Below, piece by piece: positions 1-7,915 of a DNA stretch of 64,000 nucleotides. The stretch is taken from IMG/VR virus record IMGVR_UViG_3300034072_002191, positions 1 to 64,000 of that record; one strand, written 5' to 3'. The position numbers and the translations under genes were made by a program. The first letter of the stretch is position 1; every line of letters begins with the position of its first letter. The notes under the pieces were generated by a model, which worked only from the letters and a program-made list of their open reading frames with translations, searched no databases and was not told the DNA's origin. This DNA is from a virus.

Positions 1-345
1 TCAGCGCAATTTCGCCGACAGCAGCGCGTCGAGCATGGCGGTCCAGTCTCCTTCCACCTCGGCAAGCACGCCTCGCAGGACATCGGCAGTCTCGCCGTCG
101 GCCTCACGACCGATACCATTGAACCTTGCCATCAAGGCTGAATTCTCGAGCTCGTCGATCCGCTTTCTAAGCGTGGGGATGCCAGAGGCTGCCACCATTT
201 CCTCACTCGGCTGCCGGATGGCCTCGACCACCGCCCGCACCTCGGGCAGGTAATCCATCCACAGCGGCTTGCCGTCCATGGTCGCGCCCGGCGGGTTGTT
301 GTCGAGCTCGCAGAGCGCGCGGGCAGCGCGTTCGAGGGGGCTCAT
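1..345 (-). CDS. Phage hypothetical protein (ERAARALC family); homologue at 53340-53504
   Basis: ORF coupled to the upstream gene; N-terminus aligns with the 54-aa ORF at 53340. Confidence 0.7.
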   Translation of the reverse strand: MSPLERAARALCELDNNPPGATMDGKPLWMDYLPEVRAVVEAIRQPSEEMVAASGIPTLRKRIDELENSALMARFNGIGREADGETADVLRGVLAEVEGDWTAMLDALLSAKLR

Positions 346-803
346 AGCTGGCGGCCCACTGCAAAGCCGCCCGCGCGGATCAGCGCGGCGAGCGCCTCGA
401 CGGCCGGCTTGCCTTGGGCGACGATCACGTTCGGTACGCGCGCCGTCTGCGCCGCGATGCGATCGCTGTGGAAACGCTTCACCTCGATGAACACGTCCGA
501 GTCGGGCAGGTAGAAGTCGAGCGCGTGCTGGTGCCCAGGCTGCCCCTCGCGTGTGAAGGAGACCCCCGCGTCGAGGAGCGCATCCTCGATCAGCCGCTCC
601 ATTGGATCACGTGCGGTCGCCGTCGGCCGGTCGTCGGACGCGGCGCGCAGCGCGCGAACAGCCGCAGCCGTCCGGACGCCGATAGGGGCTATGCCGCGCT
701 CCATCTGCCCGATGAAGTCTCGGCTTAGGTCTACTGCCTCCGCTAGTTGCGCCTGTGTCATACCGAGAGCCTTCCGCCTCAGTTTCAGTTCTTCGCCGTT
801 CAT
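342..803 (-). CDS. XRE-type HTH fused to a PD-(D/E)XK (Vsr/DUF559-like) nuclease domain
   Basis: LGMTQAQLAEAV...IGQMERG HTH; ME...LDFYLP...FIEVK nuclease-like motif. Confidence 0.7.
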   Translation of the reverse strand: MNGEELKLRRKALGMTQAQLAEAVDLSRDFIGQMERGIAPIGVRTAAAVRALRAASDDRPTATARDPMERLIEDALLDAGVSFTREGQPGHQHALDFYLPDSDVFIEVKRFHSDRIAAQTARVPNVIVAQGKPAVEALAALIRAGGFAVGRQL

Positions 804-849
804 TGGATGACCCGGTGGGGAGAAGGTTTGGACCCTTCCCCCCGATAGT

Positions 850-939
850 TCATCCGATCTTGATGTCGATCTTAAGTGAGAGGTGGAACTTCACTTTTAC
901 CGACTTCAGTTTTTGGATGAACCAGCCTAAGATTTCCAT
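850..939 (-). CDS. 29-aa basic/hydrophobic micropeptide MEILGWFIQKLKSVKVKFHLSLKIDIKIG
   Basis: GGAGA RBS; flanked by hairpins at 956-981 and 817-843; not in the ORF track. Confidence 0.55.
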   Translation of the reverse strand: MEILGWFIQKLKSVKVKFHLSLKIDIKIG

Positions 940-955
940 CCTAGTCTCCGGTTCA

Positions 956-1015
956 ACCGGGCCGAGCCATTTCGGCCCGGTGATTTTGTTTTAGCATATT
1001 TCCGGATCGCTGCAA
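956..1015 (-). promoter_or_regulatory. Putative sigma70 promoter (TTGCAG-N16-TAAAAC) and 10-bp-stem leader hairpin
   Basis: -35 at 1010-1015, -10 at 988-993; ACCGGGCCGA/TCGGCCCGGT stem at 956-981. Confidence 0.45.
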
Positions 1016-1541
1016 GTGAAATACGCAGTAAGTGCGTAAAATAATCACGCACCAGCCGATTTTGGCTCAACGTGGATGGCGTGCGTCTGGATCGGTTCGC
1101 CTGTGTGCGTGGCCGGTGACCATTCTTCGGTCACCCAATGGGCGATCTCGCGCACAAGGAATCTCGTCGCACTAAAGTCCTCCGGATTTGGCCTGACGGA
1201 TCCGCGAGCCAAAGGGATTCGCTGACTGCCAAGAGGTTTGGCATGGCGACCGAACAACGTTCGGCAGTGGCAGTCCTGTTAGGCCTTTATGGGTTCACCT
1301 CGCTGGCCAGGACCCTGCTCGAGCAGCGCATCGAACCCTACCAAGCCTGCGGGCATGAAGGCAGTGATTGCGAGAATTGTATTTTTTGCACGAAAGAGAT
1401 AACTTGCAATAAACTGGAAAGTACCCTATTGCTCATTCGATTGCCGGGGTGATTCAGGAGGGGGATATTCATAGCGAAACGGCGGAGCGTATAGCACGCA
1501 TCATCGAACCCATTGCTTGGCCAGCATTTCAGGAGGAAGCG

Positions 1542-1664
1542 ATGGCCCAGACCACTGACAATCCGAAGACTGTGCTCTATATCGCCCTGATGCTGGGAGC
1601 TATTCCCGTGTTAGTGGCGCTCGTCTTCGTAATTGTTGCGATCGTGCCGGGCCTTGCTTTCTGA
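1542..1664 (+). CDS. 40-aa single-TM membrane micro-protein
   Basis: AGGAGG RBS; hydrophobic stretch VLYIALMLGAIPVLVALVFVIVAIV. Confidence 0.6.
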   Translation: MAQTTDNPKTVLYIALMLGAIPVLVALVFVIVAIVPGLAF

Positions 1665-1774
1665 TGCCGGGCGCTGACCAGACCACCTTGTTCGCGTTAG
1701 GCGTGAGCTTGGCAGGAGTGGCCGTTACCGTGATGGGCGTGATCCGCCACATCTGCACTAAGGGAGGGCTGTGA
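1664..1774 (+). CDS. 36-aa single-TM micro-protein
   Basis: TGATG overlap with the previous ORF; LFALGVSLAGVAVTVMGVI. Confidence 0.45.
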   Translation: MPGADQTTLFALGVSLAGVAVTVMGVIRHICTKGGL

Positions 1775-1776
1775 CC

Positions 1777-1884
1777 ATGGGCGCGATGACGTTGCTTGTC
1801 ATAGAGTTGATCGGAGCCATCGTGGTCATGACGATCATAGTGTTGGGTGTCGCAGTGACATCGAGGCCCGACCGCGAGCCATAA
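1777..1884 (+). CDS. 35-aa single-TM micro-protein
   Basis: GGGAGG RBS; LLVIELIGAIVVMTIIVLGVAV. Confidence 0.5.
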   Translation: MGAMTLLVIELIGAIVVMTIIVLGVAVTSRPDREP

Positions 1885-2204
1885 TTGCAATTATTTGCAT
1901 AGCCAGGATATCTGCCTGCCGAGCACAAAGCTCGCCTCATAGACAAACCCCATCGACATTTCCCCCACAGCCGTCGGCCACCCGCCCTTTTTGCCGACAG
2001 CATCAGTTCATAGCGCCTTAATCATGATCTGAAAATTACAGTCGCTGGGCAAATATGACGCGCCGGCGCAGACTTTGTCTCATTTGTGCACAGCCTCGCC
2101 GGGCCACTCGACACGCGCCAGCCGGCAGTCATGCGCCCTTTGACATCTCCTCCCCCGTGCCGCATCCATCCGCGCCATTCGCCCGGTGAGTTCGTCGTTG
2201 GCGC

Positions 2205-3473
2205 TCAATCCTCGTCTCCTGGCTTGCTGCTGCCCACGACGCGCGCGATGTGTTCGCGGCGCGCGCGCGCGATCCGGAGAGCCTTCTCCCGGTTGGCCTT
2301 GTCGTAGATCTTCGTCGTCTTGATCTCGGAGTGGCCGGAGACGGCGCGGATATCGACCTCGCCAGAATCGCCCAGCTCGGTCAGGCCGCCGTGCCGGAAG
2401 CTGGTGAACCGCAGGTCCTTCGGAAGCCCGGCCTTGATGCGGATCCGCTTGTGCAGCTTCTGCATGTAGTCGATGCCGTATGCCTTGCCGGTTCGCTCAT
2501 CCAGGACGATCATCCCGCCGGCGGCGCCCTCGACGCGCGGCGTGCGCGCCAGCTCCGCCTCTAGCTCTGGGTACAGCGCGACGGCATCCTCGCCGGTGCC
2601 GTCGACCAGCGGCAGCGTGATCCGCTTATTCGTCTTCGACTGGATGACGGCGATCTGCTCACCCGGGCGGTAGTCGTCCCAGAAGAAGCCCCGCACGACC
2701 TTCTTATCCGGGTCCTCGAACCCGAACACGTCCGTCACGCGCTGGCAGGTCTCGAAACACAGCGCCGCGGCAGTCGCCATCGACTGGCGACCCATGGCGC
2801 GCGCGGTCTCGCGATAGAGGTCGTATTCCTCGCGCGTCGCCGCCCGGTTGCCCTTGCCGACGCCGGTGCTGATCTTGATGCCCATGCCCTTGAAGGGGTT
2901 CACCTTCACCCCGGTGTGCTTCGAATAGCCCGGCCGGCTCGCGTGGCTCCATACCAGTCGACAGACCTGCATCATGTAGGAGCCCTGGCGCTCCCCGTGC
3001 TTGGCCATGGCGCGCTGATAGAGCTTGTCGGCGGCCGGCCCGTCGACCGCGCCCGCCTGGCGCTGGCCGAACGTGCCGGTCTTCATCGACATTTCCTCGA
3101 CGTACCGCATGGCGCGCTCGTAGCCGATGCGCGTCTGGTGGCGCTTCTCGGTGAACCGCTCCTGTTTACGGTACCAGGCGAACAGCCACGCGATCGTGCC
3201 GTGCGGGATTTCCGCCTTGTCGCCCAGGCGCCATGACGCGAACGCCTCGTTCAGCACGCGGGCGCGGACGATCACCTCGGCGAGATCGGTGCCGAGCGGC
3301 GTGCTTGCGACCGGGCACGTCTTGCCCTCGCGCAGCGCCTTGCGCCGCACCTTTTCGTCGGGAGAGGTGGCGAGCTTCGGATCGGCCCAGGCGGGCCGGC
3401 ACCAGAAATAGGCCTTCTGGCCGCCGGCGAGCCGCCGCACGTTCACATATGCCGGCAGGCGCTCACTCGCCAT
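2205..3473 (-). CDS. int: Phage integrase (tyrosine recombinase)
   Basis: QRVTDV (R), SKT (K), SFRH, SGH, IYD (Y) catalytic pattern. Confidence 0.9.
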   Translation of the reverse strand: MASERLPAYVNVRRLAGGQKAYFWCRPAWADPKLATSPDEKVRRKALREGKTCPVASTPLGTDLAEVIVRARVLNEAFASWRLGDKAEIPHGTIAWLFAWYRKQERFTEKRHQTRIGYERAMRYVEEMSMKTGTFGQRQAGAVDGPAADKLYQRAMAKHGERQGSYMMQVCRLVWSHASRPGYSKHTGVKVNPFKGMGIKISTGVGKGNRAATREEYDLYRETARAMGRQSMATAAALCFETCQRVTDVFGFEDPDKKVVRGFFWDDYRPGEQIAVIQSKTNKRITLPLVDGTGEDAVALYPELEAELARTPRVEGAAGGMIVLDERTGKAYGIDYMQKLHKRIRIKAGLPKDLRFTSFRHGGLTELGDSGEVDIRAVSGHSEIKTTKIYDKANREKALRIARARREHIARVVGSSKPGDED

Positions 3474-3723
3474 CGCCGAAGTCCATGTCGTCGGTGACGT
3501 CGCCGAACAGCCGTCGGATCGCCTCGTCCAGCTGCGCGCGCTCGGTGATCTTCGAGCCGTTGCGGCCGCGCGCGCGGAAGCGCACCGTGCCCTCGGTCTC
3601 CCACTGGCGCATCTGCGCCTCCGACACGCTGGTATAGGCGAGCGCCATCTCGCGCGTCATCGCGGCCGGCCAGAAGGGGATCGTGCCGTCGAGTTTCTCA
3701 GCGGCGCCCATTGTCGGCTCCAT
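3463..3723 (-). CDS. Excisionase-like small DNA-binding protein
   Basis: WPAAMTREMALAYTSVSE HTH-like segment; overlaps the int start. Confidence 0.7.
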   Translation of the reverse strand: MEPTMGAAEKLDGTIPFWPAAMTREMALAYTSVSEAQMRQWETEGTVRFRARGRNGSKITERAQLDEAIRRLFGDVTDDMDFGDGE

Positions 3724-3797
3724 CGTTCGGGATTGGCGCCGGGCATTTGCTCGCGGGCGCGCCTGTGGTCGCGCTGGCCCGCGTTTCTGCCGACGTG

Positions 3798-4472
3798 TTA
3801 TACGGGGCGGGGGGACAAGGCATGAAAGACCTCGACTGGGATCAGGAAGCGGGTTTGTCGCGAAAGGTGATCAGCGATGGCTGGCCGTTCCCGATGGGCG
3901 AGGATGTAGTCCAAGGGACGCTCGAGGAGATGGTGCGCCGCTACCTCGAATTTTCCGACGACGAGCGATCCGCGATGAGCATCACGATCGACGGCGGTTT
4001 CCATCTGGACGGCCTTGAGGTCGAGTTTCTCGCCAAGCGCTGGCGCCGAGAGCGGCCAGCTGCCGGCAACTGAGCCGCAGGCAGGCATGCGGTACCGCCG
4101 CCAGTACCGGTCCCACCGCGTGGCGGCGCCGGCGGCCAGCACCGCGCATGAAAGGTCTCGGCCGTCCGGCAGGTGGCAGCGCGCGACGATGCGGCTGTAG
4201 CTGGGCTCCAGGGCGATGCAAGTCAGCCGCTTGCCCAGCACCAGCGCGGAAACCGTCCGCTGGCTGGCCCGGGCGGCGCGATCGTCGCAGATGTACCCGG
4301 CGCGGCCGTCGCGGCATGGCGTGGCGGATTCGAAGTCGGGCGCCTGGATGCCGGCAATGCGGACCTTCGGCCCCTCGGCGCACCAGAGCGGCCCGTCGCC
4401 GTCGTGGACGCGGGTGACGGTGCAGGTGAAGGCGGAGCCGGACAGGGCGGCGGCGAGGATGAAGCTGATCAT
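3798..4472 (-). CDS. Thermonuclease (SNase-like) with signal peptide; C-terminus reads through the antisense gene
   Basis: VHDGD...VRIAGIQAPD...SYSRIVARC...DLSCAVL motif; ATGA coupling at 4469-4472. Confidence 0.8.
   Translation of the reverse strand: MISFILAAALSGSAFTCTVTRVHDGDGPLWCAEGPKVRIAGIQAPDFESATPCRDGRAGYICDDRAARASQRTVSALVLGKRLTCIALEPSYSRIVARCHLPDGRDLSCAVLAAGAATRWDRYWRRYRMPACGSVAGSWPLSAPALGEKLDLKAVQMETAVDRDAHRGSLVVGKFEVAAHHLLERPLDYILAHRERPAIADHLSRQTRFLIPVEVFHALSPRPV
3822..4073 (+). CDS. Hypothetical protein (moron, opposite strand)
   Basis: ATG after GGGACAAGG; acidic, protein-like composition. Confidence 0.6.
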   Translation: MKDLDWDQEAGLSRKVISDGWPFPMGEDVVQGTLEEMVRRYLEFSDDERSAMSITIDGGFHLDGLEVEFLAKRWRRERPAAGN

Positions 4473-4726
4473 GCTTTGTTCCCTACCATGCCGCGCGACG
4501 CCTTCCACTCTTCGAAGGCCCGCGCGTGCTTGGCGCAGAGATCTTTGCCCGGCTGGGGCGATGTGGAGCAGCGCTCGCAGATCGGCGCGTCGCAGGTGCC
4601 GCTGCGTTTGTTCGGGACCTTCCAGTCGCAGAGCAGCGGAGCGCGGCGGCCGCATTTGCACCGGCGCGTCTGAGTGCAGACGATCGCCGAGCCGCCGCCA
4701 GGCATCGTGACGTGCTGGCAGGTCAT
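4469..4726 (-). CDS. Cys-rich putative zinc-binding phage protein
   Basis: CKCG...LLCDW...CDAPICERC...DLCAKH. Confidence 0.7.
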   Translation of the reverse strand: MTCQHVTMPGGGSAIVCTQTRRCKCGRRAPLLCDWKVPNKRSGTCDAPICERCSTSPQPGKDLCAKHARAFEEWKASRGMVGNKA

Positions 4727-4864
4727 GTCAGCATCCTCAGCATTGAAATCGCCGCAGAAGGTCGGGGTGCGGGTGTAGCGGTGGTGCATCGGACGGCCCT
4801 TTCGATGAGGGCCTCCCATTTACACCAGCCGCGAACGCTCTGGGATTTGCGGGTTTCAGCTGCC

Positions 4865-7495
4865 TCATGCCGCCACCTGCTCGGGCTCGACCGTCGCTGC
4901 TTCGGCCGGGAACTGCGCTCGCACCAGCGCCGCGGCGATCGGCGGGCAGACGCTGTTGCCGCACTTGGCGACCTGGGCCGTCTTGGTGATCGGCCGCCCA
5001 TCGGCGTCGCGGTCGATGATGTACTCGTGCCGAACTTCAAGCTCGACGGATAAACTGCCCGTCGACGTTCGCGAGAGAGTGGACGAAGCGATGGCATCGA
5101 CCACAAAGCAGGACAAGGTTTGCAAGGTCGAGACGCAGTTCTGGGAACGCGGTCCATCCTGCGATGTGGTGGACTTCGAAACCCCGATCTCGGTAACGGT
5201 GACGCTCTCCGCAACGACGGCAGGTTGCGTCGTCTCGCCGCCAAATAGCGAGACAGGCCTGCCCCCACTCGGCGCTGGAGTGAAAGCGCTGGCGCTCGGT
5301 CGTGCGAAACGGATCGGTTCGATTGCGCTGGCGAAGAAGTCTGGCGCAAGCGTTTGAGCAGCAGACGCGATCCCGGTAGGCAGGGGAACGGAGACGATCG
5401 GTTCCACAGACTGGACATCGCTGGACGATCTTCCGGGACTGCGAAGCTGAAGAACCTGAAGCCCTAAGTCGATCAGCGCATGCACGGCTGCACGTTCGCT
5501 TTGGCCGTCGGGTTGCGACCCGCTCGAATTTGACCCCGCAGACGTCGCACGGGTGGTGCTCTCGGGCGCAGGTTCTTGGTCGTCCACCGCTCGGATTGTG
5601 GGGCCGTGCCATGTCTCCACCTTAAAGGAACGTTTCCAGAACGGGAAGCCCTGGGCGGAGAACAGCTCGCGCGGGGTAAGCATCCGCATGCCAATGTCGA
5701 CGATGGCGTATTCCTCACCGCCGATCGTCACCGTCACCACGCCATAGCGATCCTTGGTGGTGACCGTATGGAGGGGCTCGCCGAGCTGCGGATCCTGGTC
5801 GGTGCCGTAGTACTTCAGCAGGAAGGCCCGCACCTCCGCCATGTGCGTGCCGCTGGCGCAGATCGTATGCAGCGGCTCGTCCGCGCCAACGCCGCACGAT
5901 TCGAAGTGGCTGTCCTCTCCGCCGCGCAGCTTCACCAGGTTGGAGGTGACGATGCGCTGCTGGCTACCGGAGGCGGTGGCTGTCGAAAGCGGCTGGTCGG
6001 CCGCCCGCCCGGCGAGGCGATCGTTGTTCGGCCCGCCGTTCGCCTGCTCCAGGTGCGCCACAACCACAGAATGTTTCGCGTTACCCTCGATCGTCTGGAT
6101 CGGCTCGCTGGGTTCGGTCGGCGCGTTGCCGGTGGCGAACTTCTGCAGCAGTGCGGCCACGGCGTGATGCTTGATCCCGCCAGCGACGACGGTCCCCAGC
6201 GGCTTCTCGACGTCCATCGCGCGCGGCGCCTGACCCTCGCGCTCGCCGTTCCCAACGTGCACCAGATGAGCGGCGACGGCGGCAAACTCGTTGCTCGCTG
6301 GCTGGGTGCCCAGCGGCTCGTTGGCTGAGTGCGTGCGGTCCCTACCATCATCGCCGTGGGCAACGCGGACCAGATGCGCCGCGCAGATCGTGTTGTGGTC
6401 CCCATCGGAAGCGGTGACGGTGTGGAGCGGATCCTCCATCGATCGGCTCCCGCCGCCTTGCTGGGCATAGCTGGCGAACGGCGCGAGCGCTGCTTCAACC
6501 ACCCCCAGCGGCGCGGCACCCCCCGGGCGCTTCACGAAGCTGTTCGCCGTCACCGTGTGCAGCGGCTCGCCGACATCGTGCCCGACCTGCCCGGTGCGGA
6601 ACTTGGTGATGTGCGGCACGACGACGGCATGCTCGCCGCGGTTCGCGCCGGTGACGGTTGCCATGGGCTGATCGACCCCCGCGCCGCGCGCGCCGGGCTG
6701 GCGATGGGTCAGCGGGACGATGAACGGCGCCGGGTTGTTGACGACGAACTTCATGATCCCGTGCGCGATGCGCCGCAGGGTCTTCTCAGCCAGCGGCTTC
6801 TTCCGATCGAAGATAGACGGGCAGGGGATCGACCAGTCGATGATGTCCGCTGCGGTACGCCAGGGCTGCCGCTTGCCGCTCAGCACCTCGGGCGAGCCGG
6901 GCTTGCCGTGCGTCGGCTCCGGCCAGGCGATCGGCAGCCCGTCGCGGCGCGCGATCATGAAGAATCGCTTCCGGATCGTCGGCGCGCCATAGTCGCAGGC
7001 GCGCAGCTCGCGGAACTGCAGCTTGTATCCCGCCCGGCGTAGCGATCTGCACCACTTCTCGAACGTCTCGCCAGCGCGCTCCTTGATCGGCTTCCCCTCG
7101 TCGTCGAGCGGCCCCCAGGTCCGGAACTCTTCGACGTTCTCCAGCAGGATCACGTCCGGCGCGACACGCTCCGCCCACAGCACCACCACCCAGGCGAGAT
7201 CCCGGATCGACTTCTCCCGCGGCTTGCCGCCCTTCGCCTTGCTGAAATGCTTACAGTCGGGCGAGAACCACGCGAGCTGGACATGCCGCCCGTGCACGAC
7301 GTCGCGCGGGTCGACCTGCCAGATATTGTTGCGAATGTGGTGCGTGCCCGGGTGGTTCACCTCGTGCATGCGGATCGCTTCCTCGTCGTGATTGATGGCG
7401 ATGTCGACGGCCCGGCCGAGCGCGGCCTCGATGCCGGTCGAGGCGCCGCCGCCGCCGGCGAAGTTGTCAACGATAAGGGGGAGGTGGGTACCCAC
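4865..7495 (-). CDS. Orphan C5-cytosine DNA methyltransferase with an in-frame insertion
   Basis: Motif I FAGGGG, IV SPDC, VI LENV, VIII TIRKRFF, IX RELFSAQGFP, X CGNSV. Confidence 0.95.
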   Translation of the reverse strand: MGTHLPLIVDNFAGGGGASTGIEAALGRAVDIAINHDEEAIRMHEVNHPGTHHIRNNIWQVDPRDVVHGRHVQLAWFSPDCKHFSKAKGGKPREKSIRDLAWVVVLWAERVAPDVILLENVEEFRTWGPLDDEGKPIKERAGETFEKWCRSLRRAGYKLQFRELRACDYGAPTIRKRFFMIARRDGLPIAWPEPTHGKPGSPEVLSGKRQPWRTAADIIDWSIPCPSIFDRKKPLAEKTLRRIAHGIMKFVVNNPAPFIVPLTHRQPGARGAGVDQPMATVTGANRGEHAVVVPHITKFRTGQVGHDVGEPLHTVTANSFVKRPGGAAPLGVVEAALAPFASYAQQGGGSRSMEDPLHTVTASDGDHNTICAAHLVRVAHGDDGRDRTHSANEPLGTQPASNEFAAVAAHLVHVGNGEREGQAPRAMDVEKPLGTVVAGGIKHHAVAALLQKFATGNAPTEPSEPIQTIEGNAKHSVVVAHLEQANGGPNNDRLAGRAADQPLSTATASGSQQRIVTSNLVKLRGGEDSHFESCGVGADEPLHTICASGTHMAEVRAFLLKYYGTDQDPQLGEPLHTVTTKDRYGVVTVTIGGEEYAIVDIGMRMLTPRELFSAQGFPFWKRSFKVETWHGPTIRAVDDQEPAPESTTRATSAGSNSSGSQPDGQSERAAVHALIDLGLQVLQLRSPGRSSSDVQSVEPIVSVPLPTGIASAAQTLAPDFFASAIEPIRFARPSASAFTPAPSGGRPVSLFGGETTQPAVVAESVTVTEIGVSKSTTSQDGPRSQNCVSTLQTLSCFVVDAIASSTLSRTSTGSLSVELEVRHEYIIDRDADGRPITKTAQVAKCGNSVCPPIAAALVRAQFPAEAATVEPEQVAA
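5030..5641 (-). mobile_element. Putative homing element inserted in-frame in the MTase gene (about 612 bp; boundaries +/- a few codons)
   Basis: Separates GFP from HEYIID; contains a complete HNH ORF in another frame. Confidence 0.8.
5037..5612 (-). CDS. HNH endonuclease with Cys-rich zinc motifs, nested in an alternative frame of the MTase
   Basis: CRRCG...EVHHI...NLVLLCGRCH; CSRAC and CSNAC repeats; RBS AAGGTGGAG before the ATG. Confidence 0.9.
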   Translation of the reverse strand: MARPHNPSGGRPRTCAREHHPCDVCGVKFERVATRRPKRTCSRACADRLRASGSSASQSRKIVQRCPVCGTDRLRSPAYRDRVCCSNACARLLRQRNRTDPFRTTERQRFHSSAEWGQACLAIWRRDDATCRRCGERHRYRDRGFEVHHIAGWTAFPELRLDLANLVLLCGRCHRFVHSLANVDGQFIRRA

Positions 7496-7523
7496 GCGGG
7501 TCTCCTACGAATGGGGTGGTGGG

Positions 7524-7703
7524 TTAGCGCGGACGGCCATCACGGCAGGGCGCGCACCAGCCGCGCACGAGGCGCGGACTGTCGTCGCCGCAATTCTCGC
7601 ACTCGCCCGGCACGCCAACCGGAATCGGCTGCCGTGCCGCGCGCAGGCTGCGCTCAAGGTGCTACTCGTTAAGCTCGTTCGCCTGGTCGATCGTATCGGC
7701 CAT
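7524..7703 (-). pseudogene. TraR/DksA C4 zinc-finger gene with an internal TAG
   Basis: MADTIDQANELNE*HLERSLRAARQPIPVGVPGECENCG...WCAPCRDG; stop at 7662-7664. Confidence 0.75.
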
Positions 7704-7915
7704 CAGCGGTTCTCCGGGAATGGTAGGGTGCTCCGGCCGGCCTCCGCGGCCGGAGCGAGGGTGCGCGCTTGTGCGCTGCTTGCGACCTCGAGGGGGTGTG
7801 CGGAGGCCACCTCGGGGGAATGGGGCTGGTACGCCGCGAGGACGCACCGAAAAAGCATGCTGGCGAGCAGCAGAGCGCCTAGCCCTAAGACGCTGCCGGA
7901 AAACGAAATCCGCAT
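7703..7915 (-). CDS. Hypothetical protein with an N-terminal hydrophobic segment
   Basis: TGATG coupling at both ends. Confidence 0.5.
   Translation of the reverse strand: MRISFSGSVLGLGALLLASMLFRCVLAAYQPHSPEVASAHPLEVASSAQARTLAPAAEAGRSTLPFPENR

Noticed and set aside
1045-1500. ORFs 1045-1257 (-) and 1138-1452 (+)
   Set aside because: No recognisable motifs or convincing RBS; probably degenerate or non-coding
2040-2204. attL of the outer prophage
   Set aside because: No tRNA or recognisable core repeat, and the partner site would lie outside the window
4723-4868. Small gene between the MTase and the Cys-rich ORF
   Set aside because: Protein-like fragments are scattered across frames; possibly a decayed gene but not supportable
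5030-5641. Intein or self-splicing intron in the MTase
   Set aside because: No N-terminal Cys/Ser or C-terminal His-Asn in the MTase frame. The HNH ORF fills nearly the whole insert, leaving no room for a ribozyme core, and the host frame is open anyway.
4865-7495. MTase plus HNH as a type II restriction-modification pair
   Set aside because: The HNH sits in an insertion at a conserved motif junction and has homing-type zinc repeats. The MTase is of the orphan phage type. Not formally excluded.
7662-7664. TAG recoding (alternative genetic code)
   Set aside because: Other genes end normally at TAG (for example terS and the head protease); a single nonsense mutation is simpler
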